Origin: Octopus sinensis
Taxonomy: Eukaryota
Assembly: GCF_006345805.1 (NCBI RefSeq)
Contig: NC_043000.1
Location: 145,266,001-145,330,000 of the forward strand
Direction: 5' to 3'
Length of the DNA: 64,000 nt
Made by a program: the position numbers and the translations under genes. Shown here one piece after another: positions 52,250 to 64,000 of this stretch. Positions within the stretch are counted from its first letter, which is position 1. Each line of letters starts with the position of its first letter. The notes under the pieces are model-generated. The model was not told the DNA's origin and searched no databases. It saw only the letters and a list, made by a program, of their open reading frames with translations.

Positions 52250-53345
52250 ATCTACATCAGATTTTGTCTCCCTATGTTCAAACGGAATATTAATATCTAG
52301 CGCCATTTGGAACAGACCTTGTTCATTTAGTAACTAATATTAGATTTCGTAAGTATTAGAACCACTTTCAAAGCTAAACTAAAAACTGATATTAGACATT
52401 TTAGAAGTTCTAAAAACAAATTTGTATTTTCAGATAAGACCTGCATGAAATTCAAAATGGTTTATAAGATAAATTGCTGCACTATACCATATTTCCTAAA
52501 TAAAGTAAAATTGATATAGATAAATACATTGATATTAATACCGAGGCTAAATTCCTTTGTGAGCGAAGTAAAATTGGCCATTGGTCAGAATGCTTAGTTA
52601 TATGTGAAGCTTTCATTATTCTAAAAGATCACAAATCCAATTTCAGTAGTAAAGTTAGTTGCAGACTTTTAAAACCAGCGAGGACTGAAATACCTTTAGT
52701 AGTTTAAAAAATGTTAAGGAAGATTAATATCAGAATTAGAGATACAGCTAAAATACAGCAGTGGGATAATAGCATATCTGTCATAGATTGGTTTAGGAAT
52801 ATAAAATATTAGCATAGAGCTAGATTCATTCAATTTGAAATTCATGATTTTAATCTCCCGGTATCCAGGGCATTGGTAGATAAGACGACTGCTTAAAAAA
52901 ATTTCATATTTAGTAAGGGCTCCGCATGGTTTAGAAAATCAGGTTCAGATCAGTTGCTTGATGTATCGTATGACGGGGCAGAATTTGTGGGTCTCTTTAT
53001 ATTACATACACTGAGATCCAAATTCCCATCCCATTATGTCAGTCTATATCGAGACGATGGTTTGGGAATATCTCATTGCTGTGATAATCACACTCTTGAT
53101 ACATTTCAGAGAAATTCCATTGATACCTTTATGAAATTTCTGTTACTACTAATCTCTCTAAGGTTGATTTCTTTAGATGTTTCCCTAGATTTTAACTCTC
53201 GCTCTTGTAAGCGAAAGGAGAAACCCTCATACACAAAGGGACCTGTCACCCCTATAGTTTTTTTTAAAATTCTGATAGCTAACATTAGTAATATGATATC
53301 AAATCTATCTTCTAAACACATATCTAATAAGACAGCCCCGTAGTA
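52250..53345 (+). mobile_element. Second degenerate Penelope-like RT fragment
   Basis: LKDHKSNF, CRLLKPARTE, QWDNSISVIDWF, YDGAEFVGLFIL, LYRDDGLG, ISLDVSLD. Confidence 0.82.
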
Positions 53346-55584
53346 TAATAATATTATTGATTATTATTTTGTTTTTTCACAAGACTGTTGCAAAGTGATA
53401 AAATCTATCCCAACAATGTGGGCGAAAGATTATTAGGAAGCAGACAACAGTGTGGGATGGAGAGTTAGAGAAGAGGAACTATGATAGAGCAAAAATAGTG
53501 CAGGTGGTAGCCGTATAAGTTTAAATTGGTGAGCAAACTCAGTGTCCGGTTATCAGCTTAAGAGGAAATAGAAGATCATTTCAAAAGGAGTTAACTTCAA
53601 GGACAAATTGTCGACTATGAAATCGAAAAGAAAAAGGAACTGAGATAAGAATTCGGTTCAGATACTGTGAGTTTTGTGAAATAAGGCGATATTAATCTTA
53701 CGACGGGATTTCGTGCGTTTGTAAAAAGTGGTGGAAAGAGTTTTGGTTCACAAAGAGAAAGGCATAGTCATAAATATTAGCATATAATTCATATGAAGCC
53801 AAAGACCACTTCGAAGTCAGCAAATAAAGGATATGAGCTTTTCGGAATTAATTCCAGTAACGCTGGCGCAGTAGTTTATGTAACGACTGTAAAGTTAAAG
53901 TGTAGAACAGGAGAAAACAATGAATGTCTTGGACTCAACCAACAAAAACCCTCCTAAAGCCATCCTAAAAGCTACTGCGTCTCCAATTTATAGTTGTAAA
54001 AGCCACGCCGCAACCCAATAACATTAACAATTTCATTTCACTATGAAGCGGAGAAGACAGGCATTTAGTTAGATTTTATTAAAGTATACAGCAAAAAGTG
54101 AAGTTTATTTTATTCCAGAAAAAAAAACTTGCATGGTAAAAACAGCAGTCTAGTGCAAAGGGGAGAGAAGAAGCAGTAGAGTGCTACAGAAGATGTAGAG
54201 TGCTAGGTAATATCGTAGTAAGATTAGTATCAAGTGCGAGTAAAATTTCCCAGTACACCGAATTTGTACATATCGGTGGCGTTTCGTTTTCTACTTTATA
54301 TGTGTTTCAATTATATTTGCTTCTAGATTTATAGAGAAAAGGCTACTGCTGTCCTGAGGCTTATTAGTTATGGCTAAACTACATCAAATGGAAAACGGTA
54401 TGTTTTACTTTTATTCTTTATTCGATCGTAACTGATTGAAATAATACTGTTGTGAAAATTCTGGTTCTAGTGGCAAGAATGAATATTTTATGAATGCCTT
54501 CGGTTTAAGTTGTTGAAAACATCATCCTTAATACATACTTTAAGAAAGATATTCGTAACACCGGCGAAATACTGATGGGCAATGTGATAGATTACAACGT
54601 AGCATTATAAAAAAACTAAGTTATTATTCAGCTTTGAGGAGATGTGATATTGAATGAGCAGATGAAAAGAAAATACTTGTGACTCTCAAAACTAAAAGAT
54701 ATCTACGTGGTAAAGTATTACGTATAGATATATGAGAAAATAATTTCTTTTATAACATATTTTAGTGTAGACATATATAATTTTTATTGCAAATAATCAG
54801 TAGGTAGTAAAATGTAATAATTTCGGGCATGAACATATCGTTTAAAGCAGGAAACGCAAAACAGTGCAAAGCGCTCATTACACGAATTTTTAAAATATAG
54901 ACATTTATTCGTATCGAAATATTAGTATTTATTTACAATGACGTACCAAATCAGTACCAAATTATTGCGCGGTAATATATACATACCACTGAAGCAGAAT
55001 CCATGCAGCTATTAGTTCAATTTTATTTAATTTTGGTAGCAATCACACAGTTCATAGACGAAACTAACAGCTTATTTTATGCTGTAATTTCTTTTCAATT
55101 GCATTTGTGTGAAATAAACCAATTTCCCTCATCAACGATATTATGATAAGTTTATCATTAGTGTCTAATTAAGAGGATATTCTGTAATCAACGGAAGAAT
55201 TTCAAGTGAACTATAAAACTTTGCCGTCGTATTAGAGATTATGTATTATTAAGTTCAGTAAAAGAAATACCAAACGAACATTTAATATCATTGTTGTTCT
55301 ATCATAACATCCTTTTAAATTAAGCATTCAACCAGAATTTGAACTCTGATTTCATTAAAACCAAATAAACGAGATAATTACATTTAGGTAAATGGATTAG
55401 CTGAAACATTTTCATATAGTTACACGTTATGACTGGACTGGAATGGACTTGAAATCTGTAGAAAAAAAAATCGATAAATTTACCCACATCCTCCACTATC
55501 CCGCACACAATCATCATTTCCCCCAATATGTGTTTGTGCGCGCGTGTATGTGTGCGTTTATGTATGTGGGTATGTATATATCAC

Positions 55585-55825
55585 GTGATCGACCCTCGTA
55601 AGTTGTCATACATCGCTGGTCACAACATGCTTTACGTCGTTTTAGATTTCGAATGATGCACCCGCTGGCTACTCAAGCTGGTCAACATTTCCACTCATCG
55701 AACGGCTAGTCCGGTGCAAGGTTACCGATTTACAGCTATATGGATTAAAGCGACATGAAATAAAGTGTTTTGCTGAAAAAGACAAGGCGCCTATCGGTTC
55801 AGCAATTGAACCCACGATCCCAAGA
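55585..55825 (-). mobile_element. Degenerate SINE related to the 60393 family
   Basis: Shares GAAAT.AAGTGTTTTGCT and the B-box region with 60540-60600. Confidence 0.5.
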
Positions 55826-57096
55826 ATTTAGGGGAATAGAAAAATAAAGAGGAACGTTGTTTACTGAGTGATTGTTACATGTAACTGAAGTAAATCTACG
55901 ATTGGTTGACTAATTTAACTTATGTGCACTTCTATCTACGTGATATCCTATTAAAAATCCTTATTTTGGAAAGTGTTTTGATACTTTTCTACATGAATGC
56001 GCACATTTCAAAACTAATTCGTTCCGACGTTATTTTGATTTTTCTTAATGCATTTATGCTGCCTCACCTACTTAAGGTTTTTTTTCCTACAAATATATAC
56101 ACAAAAATTCCTTCTCTTAAATTATACAGAGGGTATTCTGAGTTGAAATAATACAAGAACTGTAAGTGCCTTAAGATTTTATGATCTGCAATATAAATTA
56201 CGAACGTCTATCAAACACTGAATTCCAAGTTCACTTCACCCATCTGCCAGGATAACAAATTCAAGAAAACAGCATAGGGATGTATATCCTGGATGAATGT
56301 GTACTGCAAATGAACCAACTAAATCTCTATCCTTTATCTTTCTTTTCCTTGTTGCAGTTTTTTTATTTGCTTCAGACTGGTGTTATGCTGCGGCACTGCC
56401 TGAAAGGATGTCTTCTGGTTACGTTTGATGTGTGGTGTGGCGTTGTGAGGAGAACGTCTTAGATTCGGTGCGTTAGACCTATCTGCATACCGTAATTTTA
56501 GATGAAGAATATTGTTACTAGTTTTGATTTCTTTCTTTTCATCAGCTTACTATGGATTGTGCCCGCTACATCTTCAGAGTAAGAAATGTTTTTATATGAA
56601 ACATTTTATCTATATAATAAGAAAAGAAAATATGCATGACTGTACACTATGATAAAAAAGAGATTGTTTTTCTTCCGTTATTGAAAAACTATGTGAATAT
56701 TATTACATTACGATAAAAAATTACTAATACTATATAAGAAACAAGCAAACGGGCAATATACTAAACTTGTTACATATGAACATAGTCGCATATAATATTC
56801 CCTATTCGCTATTCAGTTACAAAGTTTATGCGGAATATATATGTATATATATATATATAGTGTCTGGGGGAGTCACTATGTTTTAATAACTTATCAATAC
56901 TAAAACGAAATATATATATACTATATTATATATATGCACATAAAAAATATATATGTGTGTGTGTGTGTATGTGTATGTGTGCACATACATAGGTATGTAT
57001 TATTTATGTGTATTCATATATACATACAGGTATATAGAAGAATGAATGCATATACGTAAAATACATATGCGCACAAACAAACACATGCGCACACAC

Positions 57097-57129
<33 letters not shown>

Positions 57130-57511
57130 ATATATATATATATATATCATAAATTTTATTTTTAACATTTGAAAATAAATTAAATGAATACAAGCACACG
57201 CACAGACAAATATATCCGCATACATATTTATTCCCATATGTATATATATATATATGCGTGTATTTTGGCTTGTGTCCGCGAGTATGTGTTTGTGTGTTTA
57301 TTGCATGTTTGTGCCAATGTTTCCTTCCATTCCATTCATTTATTTTCAAATATTGAAAATAGAAAATAGGCATATAATATTCGCAACTATTTTGGGGTGA
57401 CAATTTGCTCACTTATTTAATTTACCTCCCTCATGATTCTTGTCAATTATGCATATATATATATATATATATATATACAGACATGCATAATGAAATACGT
57501 ATATATATATA

Positions 57512-57543
<32 letters not shown>

Positions 57544-57577
57544 GCGTGTGTGTGTATATGTATGTATGTATATATAT

Positions 57578-57611
<34 letters not shown>

Positions 57612-59008
57612 CGCACACAAAGATGCAAGCATATATATACATATATAGAGAAATGCATGCTCACCCACAATTAAATGTACACGGCCGCGAATAGATATTG
57701 AACAGCATATAAATTTCTAGAAGGAAAATTTACACACACACACATACACACGAACATGCACACACGCACGCAGACACACACATGCACACAATCATACACG
57801 CACATTCACAAACATATTTACAGACATATATTTATAGTATTTTCCACAAATGCACAGCAGTTGCTTATTAAATTTATCATAATTCTACTACTTGCCCTTT
57901 TCTCTAAAAATATATATTTTTTTTAAATAAATATTTTAAACGGAATAAAACTATTAGCAGTTATTCGTATTTTTCCTTTTTATTTCCACTTGTTTCAGAT
58001 AACTTATTTACCCTACCTAATTGGAAGAATTTCTTTCTTCATTATTTATCATTTATCACTTTAAAATTTTCACAAATTACTTTAAAATACATTTAGGTTG
58101 TCATTTGCCCTACCATATTCCAGTCATTGTATCGTTGGTTCTTAAAGGAAAATATTTTATGAATCTTCGAAATGTTATTTCGCCTTACTCCAAATTTTAT
58201 GTTTCATTCCTACTAAACTTCAAATTTTAAACATATTCCATCACGGTTCATATCATCTCTGCTACCAATGCCCGTGTAGATTCCTAAAGACTATGTATTC
58301 TCCTCTTTAACACTAGTTTTCAATTTTGTTTTTGTTCTTATTTTAATGTTTTCTCTTGTTCTACATTCATTCATTTCTTTAACACAGCTTCGTTTTCACA
58401 ACTACGTATGCACGTGAATGTTTGTTCATGTGTAAGGTTCTGTTTGTTTATTGCTTTTATTATTACATTTTAAAATATTTTTTTAAAATTTAACTTCTTG
58501 TTATATGAATTCTATGGAACAGAAAGCAAGACGTCTTTTTGGTGTGAATAACTTCCTAATTAAGCACGGGATGCATGTAAAAATTAGAAAGAAAAAAAAA
58601 TCTAAATATAATACAAAAATCAACTAGAATCATGAAATTTCTCTAAAAATATTATTTTTAGAAGAATAACATATCAAAACAAGTATCTGAATTAGAGTAA
58701 CATTTTTGAATATTATTATTAACAACAACAACAAAGCCAAATTATAGCAACATTAGTTGTAATGAAACTAATAATAACAATAAACTTGGAGGAAGCAAAA
58801 TACCGTATTGAAAATATCCAATTAAAATATATAAAAAATATTTTCATATATCATGAGATCTCATCAATGATCGAAAGAAATAAACACTCACAAAATGTGT
58901 GTCCATATATATATACATATATATATGTGTGTATGTATGTATGTATGTATGTATGTATGTATGTATGTATATATATATATGTATATATACATACATATAT
59001 ATACATAC

Positions 59009-59085
<77 letters not shown>

Positions 59086-59546
59086 CATGCATGCATACGT
59101 ACATGCTCGTATACAAAGTAACGGGCGTTGCTCAGAAATCGCTATGGCCAAAATGCCAAAATATTAACACATGTACGCAAGCATACTTACATACCTGCAC
59201 ACACGGATACACATATATCTGGCACTCAGCTGTTTGGAGGACGAACAGACCAGTTAATCCACTCAACACAAAAGCCTGCTCGAAAAATTAATACATATGA
59301 ACCTGGGCATTTCACTGAGACGTGTACCCTTAACCTAATACTGAGGGAAATTCAGTGTGAAGGTCTGTGCATTATCCTTGTCGATTGATTTAACTCCGTA
59401 GAGAACCTTTATCTTTAGAGAGATATTGGGCAAATTGAACTACCTTCATGTCAAGAGTTCAATGACGGTTCATTTCGCCTGAATGGATTATTTACCTGTA
59501 GCTCTGTGAAATCTATTTAATCACACAGATAGATACATAGGTAGAG

Positions 59547-59587
<41 letters not shown>

Positions 59588-59604
59588 TAGATAGATAGAT
59601 AGAT

Positions 59605-59654
<50 letters not shown>

Positions 59655-59734
59655 GCATATATAGATAGACAGGCGTACATGCAGATAGATAAATAGTTAC
59701 AGGATGGAGCAGACAGGAAGCACGTTGTTGAAAA

Positions 59735-59811
59735 ATTCAGGTCACTGATTGGAATCGAACTCAGAATCTTGGGGTTAGTAGCTCGCACTCTTAACCACTA
59801 CTCCATATGCC
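59735..59811 (-). mobile_element. Short tRNA-derived SINE head / tRNA-like pseudogene
   Basis: Minus strand GGCATATGGAGTAGTGGTTAAGAG..GAGTTCGATTCC has A and B boxes but no pairing acceptor stem. Confidence 0.6.
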
Positions 59812-60028
59812 ATGGGTATTTGATTTTGATCGTTTTTGATATTTTCTGTCCCAAGTTAGACGTTGTAGACTTCGATCAGCCTGAACACAATTTGGTGACA
59901 ATCGAAGTAATAGATCTATTGCAAAACACACCAAGAGGCAATGTTAGAAAGATAGTAGAATATAAGACACACACTTAGAAGTCTCAAATCATATCGAAAT
60001 ACAATGGTAAAATAACCTCCCATATACC

Positions 60029-60260
60029 TAATTCTTTACTACCCACAAGGGGCTAAACACAGAGGGGACAAACAACGACAGACAAATGAATTAAATCGAT
60101 TATATCGACCCCAATGCGTAACTGGTACTTAATTTATCGACCCCGATAGTATGAAAGGCAAAGTCGACCTCGGCAGAATTTGAACTCAGAATGTAGCAGC
60201 AGACTAAATACCGCTAAGCTTCGCCCAGCGTGCTAACAATTCTGCCAGCTCGCCGCCTTA
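60029..60260 (-). mobile_element. tRNA-derived SINE, second family, with perfect 15 bp TSD
   Basis: AACCTCCCATATACC at 60014-60028 and 60261-60275; central GAGGTCGACTTTGCCTTTCAT..GGGGTCGATAAATTAAGTACCAG. Confidence 0.92.
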
Positions 60261-60392
60261 AACCTCCCATATACCAATCACATCAGAAAAGCAACACATT
60301 GGTACTGAAATGGAAGACTACCAGTCAAAAATTTTGTTTACATACAAATCAATACATAACTGCTCCAAACACCAAATATAGATTTAAGAAAA

Positions 60393-60649
60393 CAAAAATA
60401 AATGCGCTCTTTTAAAGCCTAGTCAGGCTCATGGGCCCGGTTTCCCGGTTTCTATGGCGTATGTGTTCCCCAGCTGAACGGGACGCCAGTCCTTCGCAGC
60501 GTTTCTCATTTTGCCAGCTGAGTGGACTGGAGCAACGTGAAATGAAGTGTTTTGCTCAAGAACACAACGCGTCGCCCGGTCCAGGGATCGAAACCACAAT
60601 CTTACGATCGTGATACTGACACCCTAACCACTAAGCCACGCGCCTCCAT
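60393..60649 (-). mobile_element. tRNA-derived SINE, third family, with TSD of at least 13 bp
   Basis: A box TGGCTTAGTGG, B box GGTTTCGATCCC; AAATATAGATTTA at 60374-60386 and 60650-60662. Confidence 0.9.
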
Positions 60650-61194
60650 AAATATAGATTTAGAAAATATATTATTCGAAAACGAACTGGAAGACTCTAC
60701 TAAGAAAATACAAAACATTGAATAAATAACAGATAAAACACGAGCAATGATGTGTATTTAACGTAACATATAAACGTACGTACATTCATTTATTACACCG
60801 TGTTAATATTCCTTTCATATCCCGTTTTGACCGAAATTATCGTTTTACCATCTATTTTTATATTTCTATATTTCCGTTTCCCTTCAAACCAACAGTATGG
60901 TTTGCGTTCTTCAACTTCTAACAATGAACATATTTTTCTTGCTCTTAACATTTATTTAGATTTCAATTGGTGAGAATATGATAGGTATTTATATTTAAAT
61001 ATTAATTTTTTCAAATATTTATTTTTAGGAACAGCTACAAAGGTTATCTAAATAAATCCTTTTGCCAATTGAATAGTTTATAATATATCTCTATGACTTT
61101 TACGATTTGCACTGCAAAATTGTAGACAAAATATATTTCTTTCATAATCCACATCATTTCATATTGAATTTCTATGGTAATCTTAATTACCTCT

Positions 61195-61236
<42 letters not shown>

Positions 61237-61245
61237 AGTGTGTGC

Positions 61246-61289
<44 letters not shown>

Positions 61290-62307
61290 AAATAAAAACA
61301 TGATGCGAAGGATTCAGCGGTACATATGTTTCAGGCCTTTATTAGACGGATTTATAACCATGCATAATGTATGTATGTGGCCTTCTTCAGCCGCGCACAA
61401 CAGCTTCCACAAGGACATGTGTTACATCAAAAATTCTTGGTTAGGGATGCAAATACTCCCATTCGCGTACGACATAATGCGGCAGCAGCATAGAATTGAA
61501 GCGTCCATCTCTTTCTTCTCTCAATGTAGGATGAGGAAAAATGGATGTTGAAGTAATGTAAATAAATAAATACATGTATATACGTGAAGATGGAGGGGCG
61601 AGAATTCAGGACGAGGGATAAAAAAAGTATAAAAAGTGTAAGTATAGAAAAATATAAAAATGTAGAGCATAAAGATATAAAGAGATATAAGGAGATGTAA
61701 AGGGGGTATAAAGAATATAAAGAAATATAAAGAAATATAAATAAATGTAAAGGCATAAGGTTATAAAGTAAAAATAGAAATAGAAATAAAAATAAAAATA
61801 AAAGTAAAAAAAAAAAAAAGAAATAGAAATAAAAATAAAAATAAAAGTTAAAAAAAGTTAAAAAACATGATAAAAATGTAACAAAATATAAAAAATATAA
61901 AAAATATAAAGATAAGGGATGTATAGAGGTTAAGGACCAAGCATGGTGGTCAGGAGATTGATAAAATTTAGTTGTAGAATTGTCAGTAAATCAACAGTTT
62001 CGTCTGGGGACCTAATGAGTTGTAAATCAGAGTTGTTGAGCGTTTAATCTGGTTCCTTGAATTATTTGGACTTCTAGTACATACATACCAACATGGATAC
62101 GTACACCCATATACACGCGTACATATACGCCTCCAAGCCTGTAAGCATACACACGCACTCGCGCGTAAACATGCATATAAACACACACACACCCACACGC
62201 ACGTGCGTACACATACATACATACAACGGAATATCCGCATGTATACACGGACACTATACGTGTACACACTCACATAGGTGCTTATAATTATCAAGTACTC
62301 ACCCCGA

Positions 62308-62354
<47 letters not shown>

Positions 62355-62436
62355 GGGGTGTCTATGTATTTAGATATATATATATATACATTGAGGGAGT
62401 GGAGCTGATAAAGATCAGGTTATTTATATTCCCTAA

Positions 62437-62690
62437 CTAGTAGATAATCTGTTGTGATAATTCCTCAACGAGGGGCACATACCTACCTACTCAACTGGCT
62501 GAAGATACCTTAATCATATGAAAATTACATTGTCGTTAAGGAATCTTTAATTCACTCACCGAATATGTAAATTGAAAGTTGGCATTCCTTAACGACAATG
62601 TAACTTTCACAAAATTGAGATATCTTTAGCCTGCTGAGTAGGTAGCTAGTAATCCTCGTTGAGTAATTATTACATCAGAGGATCACCTAG
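62437..62690. mobile_element. Decayed MITE-like foldback (~108 bp arms, ~39 nt spacer)
   Basis: GAAAATTACATTGTCGTTAAGGAAT (62520-62544) pairs with 62584-62608 with one mismatch; the outer arms are partly complementary out to CTAG at both ends. Confidence 0.7.
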
Positions 62691-62889
62691 CTCAGAAACA
62701 CAAGTAGCTTTGCTTGTTCGCTCCAGTCCCGCAATTTGAATTTTTATTCGCATTCATAGCAACTCAAGTTGCTAACTGTAGACTATATAAACGTTAGTAT
62801 TTTAATATCCACACGATTGTTTCAAGCTTACATACGACCTACACTTAGATCCTTGGATCTTATAATTACATATCGATATATACATATAA

Positions 62890-63262
62890 AGGCGCAATCT
62901 TGACTGTAGTGAAAGATCTTGTTTCCCAAATACATTGTTCAAGATACAGACCCACTGCGTGGAATCTTTGGCATGTGTCTTCCTAAGCCTTCTGAAAGAA
63001 CTTAATAGACTAAATCTGAAAGAAGCCAGTAGAATGTATATGGTTTTATCCTTTTGTGTATCCTGGTGGATGTGTTTTACTCCCAGCACAGCCTGACAAC
63101 AGATGTGGGTTACTTTATTCGCCAGAAAGCGATTTGTCAAAAAGACAAATGTAACAGATATAATAAAAATGTGTATTGGGGGCGATTTTTTTCTACTAAA
63201 CCTTCCAGGGTGGTGCTCCATAACGGCTGCAGTCCAATGACTGAAACAAGAAAAAGATGATA
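62890..63262 (+). mobile_element. Highly diverged 22630-type SINE
   Basis: AGGCGCA..CCCACTGCGTGG..CTGAAAGAAGCC..GGTGGTGCTCCA..GCAGTCCAATGACTGAAACAAG. Confidence 0.65.
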
Positions 63263-63451
63263 GATTTTTTGGTGAGTATGTGTATGTATGTATGCATGTA
63301 TGTATGTGTGTACGTATGTATGAATGTATGTATGTATGTATGTGTGTGTGTGTATGTATGTGTCCATAGGTATACATAACGTTTAAAACTCCTATGAACC
63401 ATTATATAGTAAAGTACAGAAGTAGATATGCTATATTTTTCAAGATGAGTA

Positions 63452-63651
63452 AAGGGGAGAACTTGCAGAATCGCTTCCTTAATAGCATTTGGTCCGTTTT
63501 TGCGTTCGGAGTTCAAATTCCACCGAGGTCACCTTTGCCTGTCATTCTTTCGGGGTCGACAAAATAAGTACCATTGAACACTAGTGTTGATATAATCGAC
63601 TTACCTGCTCCACTGAATTTGCTGGCCCTGTGCCAAAATGTGAAACCAGTA
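63452..63651 (+). mobile_element. Second-family SINE with ~15 bp TSD (one mismatch)
   Basis: TTTT(C/G)AAGATGAGTA at 63437-63451 and 63652-63666; central GAGTTCAAATTCCACCGAGGTC..CTTTCGGGGTCGA.AAAATAAGTACCA. Confidence 0.82.
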
Positions 63652-63816
63652 TTTTGAAGATGAGTATTAGCTTGAAAATAGGACGGATATAATAGGATGT
63701 GAAAGGTATGCTTGTAGAATTTGTCTTTTTTTCTGTTATTTCATCAATTCAAGCAGGTTAATGTTTCAGTATGTCAATCCATGCTTGATTGTAAAGGTAT
63801 TTGAATAAACATATCC

Positions 63817-64000
63817 TTGATCTCTGTCGGCACCATCTTTGATCTCTGTCGGCACCCTCTTTGATCTCTGTCGGCACCCTCATTGATCTCTGTCGGCACC
63901 CTCTTTGATCTCTGTCGGCACCCTCATTGATCTCTGTCGGCACCCTCTTTGATCTCTGTCGGCACCCTGTTTGATCTCTGTCGGCACCCTCTTTGATCTC
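63817..64000. repeat. 22 bp minisatellite (TTGATCTCTGTCGGCACCCTCT), at least 8.4 copies, runs off the window
   Basis: Direct inspection; no spacers between units. Confidence 0.97.

Noticed and set aside
59735-59811. Functional tRNA gene
   Set aside because: A and B boxes are present but I could not form an acceptor stem; more consistent with a SINE head. tRNAscan-SE would settle it.
59840-59980. RLE-like peptide PKLDVVDFD..VTIEV..RKIVEY in ORF 59769-59978
   Set aside because: The similarity is too weak and short to support without a search.
61600-61920. Purine-rich tract with a short internal duplication
   Set aside because: Low-complexity A-rich slippage products; no further structure seen.
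12706-63516. Dozens of 60-140 aa ORFs rich in IY, YI, VC, HT, MYVC or LPTY
   Set aside because: They are translations of stop-free frames of (TA)n, (TG)n, (CATA)n and (CCTA)n repeats; no evidence of coding function.
63817-64000. Possible CRISPR array
   Set aside because: Units are contiguous with no unique spacers, there are no cas genes, and the context is eukaryotic.

Overview
AT-rich, microsatellite-saturated eukaryotic non-coding DNA. The SINE repertoire and repeat landscape suggest a cephalopod (Octopus-like) genome; this is an inference. I recognised no host protein-coding exon, tRNA, rRNA or CRISPR array, and nearly all listed ORFs are translations of (TA)n, (TAA)n, (CATA)n or (TAGG)n repeats. 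The window is mostly transposable-element remains: three R4/Dong-clade non-LTR retrotransposons (two split (TAA)n arrays and form a ~1.7 kb inverted pair), Penelope-like fragments (one with a Helitron inserted into its RT), CR1, Tx1 and RTE fragments, and about 12 tRNA-derived SINEs, four with 13-16 bp TSDs. Best leads: (1) a 446 bp near-perfect palindrome whose arms carry a minimal type I hammerhead motif with a U3-A8 swap of the catalytic-core pair; (2) three stacked 3' ends of a second RLE-LINE family, each ending in (CATA)n, suggesting a tetranucleotide-targeting retrotransposon; (3) a 1.6 kb (TAGG)n array with a ~460 bp higher-order period. Alignments, translations and folds were done by eye; no database searches were run.
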